Source: Geotalea uraniireducens Rf4
GTDB lineage: Bacteria; Desulfobacterota; Desulfuromonadia; Geobacterales; Geobacteraceae
Direction: 5' to 3'
DNA length: 32,000 bases
Assembly: GCF_000016745.1 (NCBI RefSeq)
Contig: NC_009483.1
Coordinates: 2,460,001-2,492,000 of the forward strand
Shown here: piece by piece, positions 15,108 to 24,319 of the stretch
How positions within the stretch are numbered: position 1 is the stretch's first letter
How the letters are laid out: every line of letters begins with the position of its first letter
Notes under the pieces: model-generated
Told to the model about the DNA's origin: nothing
The model's input: the letters and a program-made list of their open reading frames with translations, nothing else
Database searches by the model: none
Made by a program: the position numbers and the translations under genes

Positions 15108-16826
15108 TTATCCTCTTTCTTTGTAGAGTAACTCGGAGAATCTGATGGTGAATGTTGACCCTCCGGCTCGATCGAGTTCGATCGTCCCATCCAGCTGGCT
15201 TATCAGTGAGATTACCAGTTTCAAACCGAGGGTTTCGGTATTTGAGAAGTCTGCATTTTCCGGGAAGCCGATACCGTTATCACTGACAATCAACTCGTAT
15301 TTCCCTTCAATCTGCGGTTGAAGGGAAAGTACGATCTCACCCGTTCTGCCTCCCGGAAATGCATGCTTCAGGCAATTGGTCACCAGTTCATTGATTATCA
15401 GGCCGCATGGGATAGCGGTGCTGACATTAAGATTAACATCGGCAACCTTTATGACGGCTTTTATCTGTTCATCGTTGATTCCAAAGGATATATACAGGTT
15501 GGTTATCAAATCGCCGATATAGCCGGCCATGGGAATAACCGTTAAATCCTTTGACTGGTAAAGTTTTTCATGGATCAGCGCCATGGTATCCACACGGCTC
15601 TGACTCTCCTTGAAAGCCATCAGAATCTCTTTGTCAGTGGCACGCGCCGACTGGAGGTGGAGCATGCTTGAAATGACCTGCAAATTATTCTTCACCCGGT
15701 GGTGGATTTCCTTCAGGAGGGTTTCCTTTTCCTTGAGTGACCCCCTGAGTTGCTCCTCGGCCATCTTTCGTTCGGTGATGTCCTGGATGATCCCGTCTAT
15801 ATAGTGTATTTCATGCTTTTCGTTGAAGAAGGGCCGGGTGTGAAGCAGCACCCACAGTTTGCTTCCGTCTTTCCTGTAAAATTCCACTTCAAAATTCTTC
15901 ACATCCGATCCGCTCTGCATCAGTTCGTACAATTCCTCGCGGCGTTGCGGGGTTACATACAATTGCCGCCTGATGTCGGTTATGTTCTCGATTACATCTT
16001 CCGGGTTGTCGTATCCTAAAATAGCGGCGGTGGCGGGGTTGCAGCTGATAAATCTCCCCTCGGGAGTTGTCTGGTAAATGCCTTCGGTGGCGTTTTCGAA
16101 GATGCCGCGGTACTTTGCCTCGGCAAGTCTTTCCTGTTCGAGGGCTTTTTCCATGTTCGTATAATAGATGTGGTTTTCTATCGATGAGGACAACAGTCCC
16201 ACGAGGTTCCCCATGCCAAGCAGCGCTTCCTCGCTATCGCTTACCCTTTGGTAAAATTCCGCATTCCCGGCCGAATTCCCGACCGCCAGAAGAGCAGGGG
16301 GGCTACCGTTGGAGCCGATGGGGTAGATCAGATATTCGTTCATACGCAATTTTGCACGGAACTCCGCAAGGTCCTTTTGTTCGGAGCCTGTTTTACAGAT
16401 GAGATATTCACTGCCATCAAACAGGGGCGACAGAAAAGCATCGTTCTGCGCTATAATGAGCTCCGTTACAGCGCTCTTCTCCTCCTGATCGTAATAACCG
16501 CCAATGGCACAGACGGCATAAAGGCCCATATTTTCAAATTGCTGAAAAAAAAGGACCCTCTCATATTCAAGGTTGTAGATGACATATTCGGTAACATATT
16601 CGAAAATTTTTCCGATATCGAAGGTGGCATTGAGCTTTCTGTTCAATTCGTAGAGATCTTTATATTCTTTAAGCTGAGCATCGAGTTCCTCCTGGTACGC
16701 ATAGAGCTTACCCTCCGTCTTGATCAGCCGTTTGACCTGCTGGGCAAGGGCCTCTTTTTCCATCTGCAGCGTCGCTATCTCGACGGCCTCTGGTGCAGAA
16801 TTCCCGGTAACGGTCTCTTTTTTCAT
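15108..16826 (-). CDS. cytoplasmic sensor histidine kinase (coiled coil, GAF-like, PAS, HisKA_2, HATPase_c)
   Basis: The HHRVKNNLQVISSML H-box is typical of HisKA_2. NELVTNCLKHAF and DNGIGF are ATPase motifs. A PAS block is present (IFENATEGIYQTTPEGRFISCN). There are no TM helices. Its start overlaps the FIST gene stop by 4 nt. Confidence 0.9.
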   Translation of the reverse strand: MKKETVTGNSAPEAVEIATLQMEKEALAQQVKRLIKTEGKLYAYQEELDAQLKEYKDLYELNRKLNATFDIGKIFEYVTEYVIYNLEYERVLFFQQFENMGLYAVCAIGGYYDQEEKSAVTELIIAQNDAFLSPLFDGSEYLICKTGSEQKDLAEFRAKLRMNEYLIYPIGSNGSPPALLAVGNSAGNAEFYQRVSDSEEALLGMGNLVGLLSSSIENHIYYTNMEKALEQERLAEAKYRGIFENATEGIYQTTPEGRFISCNPATAAILGYDNPEDVIENITDIRRQLYVTPQRREELYELMQSGSDVKNFEVEFYRKDGSKLWVLLHTRPFFNEKHEIHYIDGIIQDITERKMAEEQLRGSLKEKETLLKEIHHRVKNNLQVISSMLHLQSARATDKEILMAFKESQSRVDTMALIHEKLYQSKDLTVIPMAGYIGDLITNLYISFGINDEQIKAVIKVADVNLNVSTAIPCGLIINELVTNCLKHAFPGGRTGEIVLSLQPQIEGKYELIVSDNGIGFPENADFSNTETLGLKLVISLISQLDGTIELDRAGGSTFTIRFSELLYKERG

Positions 16827-18031
16827 GATTCCCGCTCTTTACAGCATACTGCGCTGATTACGGACGTGAAGTTGTGAAAACAATTATACTTCGTGATCGG
16901 GCCGATTTCGCCATAAGTGTAAAAACCCATCCACGGGATATCTCCTCCGATGTCTTTCTGAAGAGACCTGATCAGTTCGATCTTCTCCCCCTCGCGAAAA
17001 ACGACCTTTCCCCGGCCGACGCATTCGAATTGCAGAACGAATTTCGGCTTCCGGGTTCCTGTCTTGTCCTTTATCTGTCGGGAGATTGCCTTCATGCCGC
17101 TCGTTATCAATTCCTTGTCGCGGCGAACCAGCCAGAGGTCGGTGCCTTCCCGGACATCGGACTGTATTGTTACAGATCCTTCCCGATCGTCCTTTCCCAC
17201 TATGTACCTGATGATGTATTCTTCATAACCCTTCCTTAGATGCTCAGGGGTTTTGAATCCAAGACATATATTCAAAGTCGTTTTGTTCCAGTGGTCAATC
17301 CAGTCTTCTTCAAAGTAGTCCTTAAGGGCTTCGAGGGCCGGAACCCCGTCGATCTCGTAGATGATGTTTCCCTTGCTTCGTGTGATCGTGCGTTTGGTTC
17401 CGATCGGGACACAGCCGTGGTTTATTCCCCAGGCAACATCCCCTTTGCCCGACATGACAACACACGAAATGCCCTCGGAAAAAACATCATCGTCGTGGTA
17501 CTGGTAGGTTTTCTGGGATGTCCAGTTGTCCGCAGCCAATCCGCCGAAAAGAGGGAGCGGGCTTTTGCTGCGCAGTGATTTATCGAACGCCGCCCAAAAA
17601 GGATCGAAATCAAAAACCAGCCCGTCGGCAAAAAGAAAGCAGGCGATGTCGTCGGAAGTCAACAATGGATTCACCTCTTCTGCCAGGCGCTCTCCGGCTT
17701 TATAGGATTGCCCGGCTATTTCTTTTACGCGGGCGTTTTTGAACCGAAGCTCGTCCGAGCTGATCGCCATGACTGAAACGCCAAAGTTGGTTTCGATAAC
17801 GGTTTCCTGCGTTATTATTCCTTCGCCCGAGCAACCGCTTAAAGGAGCCCGTGAAGTTGCTTCTCTTATCGCTTTTATCAGGACCTTCTGGTTATACCCG
17901 ACGGTAGCAAACACGAAGACAAAATCGGGTTTGTCGATCTTTGCCTGCTCCAGGGCTTTCCGGGCGGCCTCTTTACCTGCTACTGCCGGATCCCTGTGAA
18001 AGCTATGACCCACACCTGCACTTGTTCCCAT
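16823..18031 (-). CDS. FIST (FIST_N + FIST_C) sensory domain protein
   Basis: The N-terminal half has FVFVFATVGYNQ and the C-terminal half has GFYTYGEIGP, both characteristic of FIST_N/FIST_C. It is the first gene of a three-gene operon. Confidence 0.85.
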   Translation of the reverse strand: MGTSAGVGHSFHRDPAVAGKEAARKALEQAKIDKPDFVFVFATVGYNQKVLIKAIREATSRAPLSGCSGEGIITQETVIETNFGVSVMAISSDELRFKNARVKEIAGQSYKAGERLAEEVNPLLTSDDIACFLFADGLVFDFDPFWAAFDKSLRSKSPLPLFGGLAADNWTSQKTYQYHDDDVFSEGISCVVMSGKGDVAWGINHGCVPIGTKRTITRSKGNIIYEIDGVPALEALKDYFEEDWIDHWNKTTLNICLGFKTPEHLRKGYEEYIIRYIVGKDDREGSVTIQSDVREGTDLWLVRRDKELITSGMKAISRQIKDKTGTRKPKFVLQFECVGRGKVVFREGEKIELIRSLQKDIGGDIPWMGFYTYGEIGPITKYNCFHNFTSVISAVCCKERES

Positions 18032-18191
18032 ACGGATGCCTCACTTTCATGTTTCTATTCAACACAATCTTGGTGTTATTTAGTTTCCATCCGGAAACCC
18101 CGGATGAGAAACTATTTAAGAATCATCCCTTGCACTGAGGATAACATAAAGTTCATTGTTGTCACTGCCGGCCAACGAAGTATGATAACCA

Positions 18192-18224
18192 GCGGTTATA
18201 ACCATAACAACAGGTTATAACCGC
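18192..18224. promoter_or_regulatory. paired 10-bp palindromes (GGTTATAACC x2), a candidate enhancer/operator in the divergent FIST-dcu intergenic region
   Basis: GCGGTTATAACC-N9-GGTTATAACCGC. The palindromes lie at 18194-18203 and 18213-18222, about 150-185 bp upstream of the -24/-12 element. Confidence 0.4.
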
Positions 18225-18366
18225 ACCTATCTAGCTGAAATCGCTGCAAATACTGCTCGCAAGACCCTGTTTCCATATCCTTCGGTTATGCCGGTTCCTT
18301 CCGTCCGCAAGCGTTCATATTCTATTTTACCCAGTATAATCGGCATGTTACATATTTCGCCATCAT

Positions 18367-18382
18367 TGGCATTGTCCCTGCT
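18367..18382 (+). promoter_or_regulatory. sigma-54 (-24/-12) promoter candidate for the Dcu transporter gene
   Basis: TGGCAT-N5-CTGCT has the canonical GG-to-GC spacing (G18368 to G18380 is 12 nt). It lies about 70 nt upstream of ATG 18451, with an AT-rich spacer between it and the upstream palindromes. Confidence 0.6.
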
Positions 18383-18450
18383 CTGGTAAGGATAGATCAG
18401 GTGCGGACCTCAACGGCTCCGCCAATCTTAACCCAACAGTGGAGGTCCTT

Positions 18451-19776
18451 ATGTTAATGTTCTGGATCCAATTCGTCCTCGTCCTCGGTGCAATACTACT
18501 CGGCATCCGTAAGGGTGGTGTGGCACTCGGCATGATCGGCGGCCTGGGCGTTGCGGTGCTGTCGCTCGGCTTCAGAGTCGCACCCTCCGAGCCCCCCATT
18601 GCCGTGATGCTGATTATCCTGGCGGTGGTCACCGCCTCGGCCACCTTGCAAGTGGCGGGCGGCCTCGATTACCTCGTGCAGCTCACGGAAAAAATGTTGC
18701 GCGCCAATCCCAAATACGTCACCATCCTGGCGCCGCTTTCCACCTTTTTCCTCACGGTTTGCGTCGGGACCGGCCACGCGGTCTACGCGCTGCTCCCGGT
18801 GATCGCGGACGTGGCGCTGAAGACCGGTATCCGGCCGGAGCGTCCCATGGCCATATCCAGCGTCGCTTCCCAGATGGGGATCACGGCCAGCCCGGTGGCC
18901 GCCGCAGTGACGACTTTCCTGGCCGTCGCCGTTAAAGCCGGCCAACCGATAGGGCTGTTCGATATCCTCAGGGTTACCCTGCCTGCCGGCGTGGTCGGTG
19001 TGGTGGCGGCCGCCGCCTGGAGCTACAACCGTGGCAAGGACCTGGACAAGGACCCCGCCTATCAGGAACGGCTGAAAGATCCCGAATTCAGAGCGTCCCT
19101 TGACGTTTCCGTCACGACCTTGGGCAAGGAGATCTCCACCAATGCCAAGATTTCAGTCGCACTCTTCTTCTGCGGCGTGCTCACCATCGTGCTCTTCGCC
19201 CTCTATCCCCAGCTGCTCCCGAGCGTAAACGGCAAGCCTGTCCCCATGACTACGGTGGTGCAGTTCGTGATGCTCTCATATGGCGCCTTCATCCTGTTCG
19301 CAACCGGTGTCAAGGCAAAGGATATCGCCCACTCCAGCGTTTTTATCGCGGGCATGATCGCAGTTGTGTCCATCTTCGGCATCGCCTGGATGAGCGATAC
19401 CTTCGTCAGCGCCAACAAGATCTTCCTGGTGGATAAAATCGGCATGATGGTCAAGATTGCGCCCTGGACCTTCGCCATTGCCATGTTCTGCGTGTCCGCA
19501 TTTGTCAAGAGCCAGGCAGCCACGCTCATCATCATGCTGCCGTTCGGGCTCGCCCTCGGGTTACCGATCCCGCTGCTCCTGGGGCTGATCCCTGCCAGTT
19601 ACGCCTACTTCTTCTTCGCCTTCTACCCCAGCGACCTGGCCGCCATCAACATGGACCGCACCGGCACCACCCGGATCGGCAAGTACCTCCTCAATCACAG
19701 CTTCATGATTCCCGGCTTTATAGGGGTCGGCGTATCAACGGTGGTGGCGTACATGATCTCGCGGGTGGTGTTCTAA
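18451..19776 (+). CDS. dcuB: anaerobic C4-dicarboxylate transporter, DcuA/DcuB family
   Basis: MLMFWIQFVLVLGAILLGIRKGGVALGMIGGLG..., LQVAGGLDYLV, NPKYVTILAP and IRPERPMAISSVASQMGITASP match the Dcu family throughout. ATG 18451 has GGAGG 5 nt upstream, while the track started at GTG 18439. The A versus B subtype is not resolvable by eye. Confidence 0.85.
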   Translation: MLMFWIQFVLVLGAILLGIRKGGVALGMIGGLGVAVLSLGFRVAPSEPPIAVMLIILAVVTASATLQVAGGLDYLVQLTEKMLRANPKYVTILAPLSTFFLTVCVGTGHAVYALLPVIADVALKTGIRPERPMAISSVASQMGITASPVAAAVTTFLAVAVKAGQPIGLFDILRVTLPAGVVGVVAAAAWSYNRGKDLDKDPAYQERLKDPEFRASLDVSVTTLGKEISTNAKISVALFFCGVLTIVLFALYPQLLPSVNGKPVPMTTVVQFVMLSYGAFILFATGVKAKDIAHSSVFIAGMIAVVSIFGIAWMSDTFVSANKIFLVDKIGMMVKIAPWTFAIAMFCVSAFVKSQAATLIIMLPFGLALGLPIPLLLGLIPASYAYFFFAFYPSDLAAINMDRTGTTRIGKYLLNHSFMIPGFIGVGVSTVVAYMISRVVF

Positions 19777-19802
19777 CCAATCCTTTGCTGATGTTATTTT
19801 AT

Positions 19803-19866
19803 AACCCGATATCGCAGCAGGAATAACCCTTGCGGGGTACCCTTGCTGCGATATCGGGTTTTTTTT
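19803..19866 (+). terminator. rho-independent terminator
   Basis: A 15-bp perfect stem, AACCCGATATCGCAG (19803-19817) / CTGCGATATCGGGTT (19846-19860), runs into a T8 tract. Confidence 0.8.
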
Positions 19867-20013
19867 GCAACTTCCTTGAGACCCAAATTAGACCAAAGAA
19901 ATATTGTTATTTTTTTCGGGTAATGATATCTATTTATATGCAAACTACGCCGACGTTGGATAAAGTCTCGAATTTACAAATCAGCTAAAATCTCATCATA
20001 AAAGGTGAAACGC

Positions 20014-20382
20014 ATGTACAAATTGAAAGTTGAAACATCCTTTGCCGCTGCCCATTGCCTTATTCACTATCAGGGTGATTGCGAAAACCTTCACGGCCAT
20101 AACTGGAAAGTAGAGGTTACTGTGACGGCGATGGAACTGGATAAAGCCGGCCTGGGGATTGACTTTAAAATCCTCAAGGGGGAGACCAATACCCTCTTGA
20201 AAACCCTCGATCACAAATATCTGAACGAACTTCCGCCATTTATTGAAAGTTCCCCGTCGTCGGAAAACATAGCCCGCTATCTCTACCGGGAGCTTGCCAA
20301 TAAGTTCAATAACGGCAACGTAAAGTTGGATATGGTGACCGTCTGGGAATCTGACTTCGCCAGCGCCAGTTATTATGAATAA
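20014..20382 (+). CDS. queD: 6-carboxy-5,6,7,8-tetrahydropterin synthase
   Basis: About 120 aa, with CENLHGHNWKVEV and the YLNELPPF region typical of QueD/PTPS. ATG 20014 is preferred over GTG 20005. Confidence 0.9.
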   Translation: MYKLKVETSFAAAHCLIHYQGDCENLHGHNWKVEVTVTAMELDKAGLGIDFKILKGETNTLLKTLDHKYLNELPPFIESSPSSENIARYLYRELANKFNNGNVKLDMVTVWESDFASASYYE

Positions 20383-21127
20383 TCGTCAGGCCGAAATGAT
20401 CGAGCTTTTCTCTTCCATCCAGGGAGAGGGAATGCTGGTGGGGTTGCGCCAGATATTTATCCGCCTTTGCGGGTGCAATTTTACGTGTAATTATTGCGAC
20501 ACCGAAAGCAATGTCTCTGTCGAATTCTGTCAGATGGAAGGGACACCGGGGCGGCGTGATTTTATACAAGTAAAAAATCCTGTTGCCCTGGAGCGTTTGA
20601 CGTGTCTCATAAGCGGCTGGCAGCGGGGTTGGCCGGGCATCCATCATTCCATCAGCATAACAGGCGGTGAACCGCTTCTGCATTACGAACTGCTACAAGA
20701 ATGGTTGCCCGTGCTGAGGGAGTTTCTCCCCATCTACCTGGAAACAAACGGGGTCCTGCACAAAGAGCTTTCACAGGTCATCTCCCACATCGATCATGTG
20801 GGCATGGATATAAAGATTCCCTCCACATCCGGTTGCGCAGATTTGTGGAAGGACCATGAGGCGTTTCTCCGCATCGCCGCCGCTAAGAACGTTTTTGTCA
20901 AGGCCGTGATCGGGAATAACACAGAAGATTGGGAAATAATCAAGGCTAGTGAAATAATTGCCTCTATTGATAATGCCATTCCACTTATCCTCCAGCCTCT
21001 GACGAATCCCGATGGGAAAATTGATATCGCACCGGTAAAAATGCTGGAATTGCAGGAAACAGCCAGCATATTTTTAAAAGAGGTGCGCATCATTCCCCAG
21101 ACCCACAAATTTATCGGCCAACTGTGA
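20375..21127 (+). CDS. queE: 7-carboxy-7-deazaguanine synthase (radical SAM)
   Basis: FSSIQGEGMLVGLRQIFIRLCGCNFTCNYCDT, a CX3CX2C cluster motif in QueE context. It overlaps the queD stop by 8 nt. Confidence 0.85.
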   Translation: MNNRQAEMIELFSSIQGEGMLVGLRQIFIRLCGCNFTCNYCDTESNVSVEFCQMEGTPGRRDFIQVKNPVALERLTCLISGWQRGWPGIHHSISITGGEPLLHYELLQEWLPVLREFLPIYLETNGVLHKELSQVISHIDHVGMDIKIPSTSGCADLWKDHEAFLRIAAAKNVFVKAVIGNNTEDWEIIKASEIIASIDNAIPLILQPLTNPDGKIDIAPVKMLELQETASIFLKEVRIIPQTHKFIGQL

Positions 21128-21137
21128 AGACGATTCG

Positions 21138-21857
21138 ATGATTATCGAAGAGATGACGATGGGGGATTTCGAGGAGGGGCTGAAGCGTACCCGGACAGTC
21201 TATATCCCTTTCGGTTCGGTCGAGGAGCACGGCTATCATTTGCCGCTCTCAACCGACACCATCCAGGCCTACGAAGTAGGCAAACGGGCTGCGGAGATCA
21301 TCCCCCTGTTCGTTGCGCCGCCCATCCATTACGGCTGCTGCCGCTCCACGGCTTGCCATCCCGGCACCATCTCCATAACAACCGCAACATTGAAGGCGCT
21401 CCTCAAGGATATTGTCCGTTCGTTCCATAGCCACGGCATGCGTAATTTCATCGTCTTGACCGGCCATGCAGGCGGGGCGCACAAAATGGCTCTGCAGGAT
21501 GCCGGCGAAGAGCTTATTGCTGAATTATTGGATATCAGGATGGCGGTCGTGACCGAATACGACCTGGCCAAGGATGCGGGGAGGGAGCTCGTCGAGACCG
21601 CCGGCGACGCCCATGCAGGCGAGATCGAGACTTCCCGGATCATGCATTCTCATCCGCAACTAGTGAACGGGACGGGGGAGAGGGAATTCCCGAGCTTTCC
21701 GGTCGGTATCCTGGTGAGGGACAAGAGACGATTCTGGCCGAACGGCGTCTGGGGAGATCCGACGAAGGCTTCAGCGGAAAAGGGGAAGCGGCTGGAGCAA
21801 CTGGTGACGGCAAAAGTCGTGGACCTGGCCAGAGCCCTGGAGGCGTTCGAAGAGTGA
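21138..21857 (+). CDS. creatininase-family (COG1402-type) metal-dependent amidohydrolase
   Basis: EEMT start, plus GSVEEHGYHLPLSTD and DAHAGEIETS metal-ligand motifs. It starts 10 nt after the queE stop. Confidence 0.85.
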   Translation: MIIEEMTMGDFEEGLKRTRTVYIPFGSVEEHGYHLPLSTDTIQAYEVGKRAAEIIPLFVAPPIHYGCCRSTACHPGTISITTATLKALLKDIVRSFHSHGMRNFIVLTGHAGGAHKMALQDAGEELIAELLDIRMAVVTEYDLAKDAGRELVETAGDAHAGEIETSRIMHSHPQLVNGTGEREFPSFPVGILVRDKRRFWPNGVWGDPTKASAEKGKRLEQLVTAKVVDLARALEAFEE

Positions 21858-21872
21858 TTGAAGTTAGCCCAT

Positions 21873-21900
21873 AAGGTCGCGAAAGGCGGCCTTTTTATTT
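21873..21900 (+). terminator. probable intrinsic terminator of the queDE operon
   Basis: AAGGTCGC-GAAAG-GCGGCCTT forms an 8-bp stem with one G-U pair, followed by TTTTTATTT. Confidence 0.5.
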
Positions 21901-22151
21901 ATCATTTTGGTAAGGCATTGGCAAAGCCGCTACCAGAAGGGCTTTAGAATAAAGAGCTCCAGATTTCGCCTATAGACCGTTTTTATCCGCCGGGCCAGGG
22001 GTTGGTATGTTTCGCGGAAGAAGCATAGACGATCGAAACGATTCAAACTCCGAATCGATCGAAGCGGGCGCCGAATATCACCCACACCAGTTACCATATC
22101 GCGTACTTGACATAATACATCTTATCGGACGTTAAGTGCTACGTAACGAGT

Positions 22152-22181
22152 TAAAAAAATACCCGACAGATGCCGGGTATT
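22152..22181 (-). terminator. rho-independent terminator ending the reverse-strand liv/paaK operon
   Basis: The reverse strand reads AATACCCGGCATCTGTCGGGTATTTTTTT, 30 nt downstream of the PaaK-like stop. Confidence 0.75.
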
Positions 22182-22211
22182 ATACTTTGCCATATCGAAA
22201 TGTTTTATACT

Positions 22212-23516
22212 CTATATATTCCGCTTATCGATCACCCGTGAAGCTTTACCTTCCTGCCTCGGAATACTGTTCGGCTCCACAAGCTTAACGGTTATGCCGA
22301 CGCCGAGCACCGACTCGATCCGTTTCTCGATTGTCTCCAGAAACGCCTTCTGACGCTTCATTTCATCGAAGAAGATGTTTTCCGTTACCTCGATTCTCAC
22401 TTCCAGCACGTCCATGGATCCGTTCCGGTCGACCACCAGCTGATAATGGGGTTCGCAACCCTCGACGGCAAAAAGGACCTCTTCGATCTGCGACGGGAAA
22501 ACATTCACCCCTTTGATGATCAGCATGTCATCGCTGCGTCCCATGGTCTTTTTCATCCTTACCATGGTTCTGCCGCACGCACATTTGGCGTAGTCGAGAC
22601 TGGTCATGTCCCTCGTGCGGTAACGAATCATCGGAAATGCCTCTTTGGTCAGGGTGGTCAGCACCAGTTCCCCAACGCTTCCCGGCGGCAGTGGTTGGCA
22701 TGTTTCAGGATCGATGATTTCCGGGATAAAGGCGTCTTCAAAGATGTGCATGCCGCATTTATGTCGGCACTCACCGGCGACGCCGGGGCCGATGATCTCC
22801 GAAAGCCCGTAATTGTCTGTGGCGCTCAGGCAAAGTCTGCTTTCAATCTCCCTGCGCATGGCTTCCGACCAGGGTTCGCCGCCGAACAGGCCTACCTTCA
22901 GCGACAGGGATTTGGGATCGATTCCCATTTTTTCCATCTTGTCGGCCAACGTTATTGCATAGGTCGGCGTACAGACCAGAGCAGTTGTTTTATAGTCCTG
23001 CATTATCATGATCTGTTTTTCGGTGTTACCGGCACTCATGGGGATGACCGTTGCCCCGATGGTCTCTGACCCGTAATGGAGTCCGAATGCACCGGTAAAG
23101 AGCCCGTAACCGAAGGCTATCTGCACCACGTCGTCATGGGTAACACCGGCGGCGGTCATGAATCTGGCCACCAGGTTGGACCAGGTCTTCAGGTCGTTTT
23201 TCGTATAGCCGACAACGGTCGGTTTCCCGGTCGTTCCGGAAGACGAATGGATGCGGACCACCTCTCTGAGAGGCACGGCAAACATGCCGTAGGGGTAATT
23301 GAGACGCAGGTCTTCCTTGGTGGTAAAAGGGAGTTTTGACAGGTCGGAGAGAGATTGTACATCTTCCGGAACTATGCCCATCCCGGTAAACTTGTTCCGA
23401 TAACAGGCAACATTTTTATAGGCGCGATTCAAGGTAGCCTGCAATCTTTCCAATTGCAGCTGCTCCAGTTCTTCGCGCTCCATGCATTCATATGTCTGGT
23501 CCCAGATATGCTCCAT
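22212..23516 (-). CDS. paaK: phenylacetate--CoA ligase family (PaaK / coenzyme F390 synthetase-like) adenylating enzyme, copy 1
   Basis: 434 aa with [37 protein letters not shown] and [20 protein letters not shown] lies 8 nt upstream. The substrate cannot be determined from sequence. Confidence 0.85.
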   Translation of the reverse strand: MEHIWDQTYECMEREELEQLQLERLQATLNRAYKNVACYRNKFTGMGIVPEDVQSLSDLSKLPFTTKEDLRLNYPYGMFAVPLREVVRIHSSSGTTGKPTVVGYTKNDLKTWSNLVARFMTAAGVTHDDVVQIAFGYGLFTGAFGLHYGSETIGATVIPMSAGNTEKQIMIMQDYKTTALVCTPTYAITLADKMEKMGIDPKSLSLKVGLFGGEPWSEAMRREIESRLCLSATDNYGLSEIIGPGVAGECRHKCGMHIFEDAFIPEIIDPETCQPLPPGSVGELVLTTLTKEAFPMIRYRTRDMTSLDYAKCACGRTMVRMKKTMGRSDDMLIIKGVNVFPSQIEEVLFAVEGCEPHYQLVVDRNGSMDVLEVRIEVTENIFFDEMKRQKAFLETIEKRIESVLGVGITVKLVEPNSIPRQEGKASRVIDKRNI

Positions 23517-23559
23517 ATATGTACCTCGCTATGCACCGGAGATTTATATTGTCCTGAAA

Positions 23560-24303
23560 TTACCGTTCCCAGACTTCTTTCTTTTCTTTGCCCAGGTAAG
23601 CACGTTGCACTTCTTTATTTTCCAACAGCTCCGACGACAATCCTTCAAGTATCACTTTACCTGTTTCCAGAACGTATCCTCGGTCCGCAAGTCTTAAGGC
23701 AGCCTTTGCATTCTGCTCGACAAGGAGGATCGTCGTCTTTTTCTCTTTTCGGAGGGTTTCAAGGACCCGAAAAATCTCCTGAACAACCAAGGGCGCCAGG
23801 CCCATTGATGGTTCATCCAGCAGCAGCAGTCTCGGTTTCGCCATCAGCGCACGACCTATGGCCAGCATCTGCTGCTCGCCACCGGACAACGTGCCCGCCA
23901 ACTGCTTTCGCCTTTCCAGAAGGCGCGGAAAGAGGGCATACACCGTATCGAGGTCTTTTGCTATCTCACTCTTCCCTTCCCTGCTCCGGTAGCGCAAATA
24001 GGCGCCAAGCTCCAGGTTGTCTGCGACGGAGAGCGGATTGAAGACTTGTCGCCCTTCTGGAACCTGGGAAATACCATGTTTAACAATCCGGTCGGGTGGC
24101 AGGTTCCTGATCGAGGCCCCTTCAAATATAATATCGCCACTACCCGGAGGAATGACCGCTGACAGGGAATTGAGGAGCGTCGTCTTGCCGGCGCCGTTTG
24201 CGCCGATGAGCGTGACTATCTCCCCATGTTTCAGATGGAGGGAAACGTTTTTCAAAGCATGAACTTTGCCGTAATAGCTATTTAAGTTTTTGATCTTGAG
24301 CAT
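23560..24303 (-). CDS. livF: branched-chain-type (HAAT family) ABC transporter ATP-binding protein
   Basis: MLKIKNLNSYYGKVHALKNVSL, Walker A GANGAGKTT, signature LSGGEQQML and Walker B LLLLDEPS. Confidence 0.9.
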   Translation of the reverse strand: MLKIKNLNSYYGKVHALKNVSLHLKHGEIVTLIGANGAGKTTLLNSLSAVIPPGSGDIIFEGASIRNLPPDRIVKHGISQVPEGRQVFNPLSVADNLELGAYLRYRSREGKSEIAKDLDTVYALFPRLLERRKQLAGTLSGGEQQMLAIGRALMAKPRLLLLDEPSMGLAPLVVQEIFRVLETLRKEKKTTILLVEQNAKAALRLADRGYVLETGKVILEGLSSELLENKEVQRAYLGKEKKEVWER

Positions 24304-24319
24304 AGATTTATAGGGGCGC

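Noticed and set aside
19870-20013. A possible preQ1 riboswitch in front of queD.
   Set aside because: I could not find the short P1 stem plus conserved loop and A-rich tail of preQ1-I, nor preQ1-II/III features. The region looks like a plain AT-rich promoter/leader. A covariance-model scan would settle it.
22007-22135. A 42-codon ORF (MFRGRSIDDRNDSN...) in the 350-bp gap between two terminators.
   Set aside because: It has only a weak AGGGG upstream, no recognisable family and no promoter. It may be a gene remnant, but nothing supports that.
23355-24041. A 228-aa plus-strand ORF spanning the paaK/livF junction.
   Set aside because: It is antisense to two well-supported genes and crosses their intergenic spacer. 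The product is low complexity.
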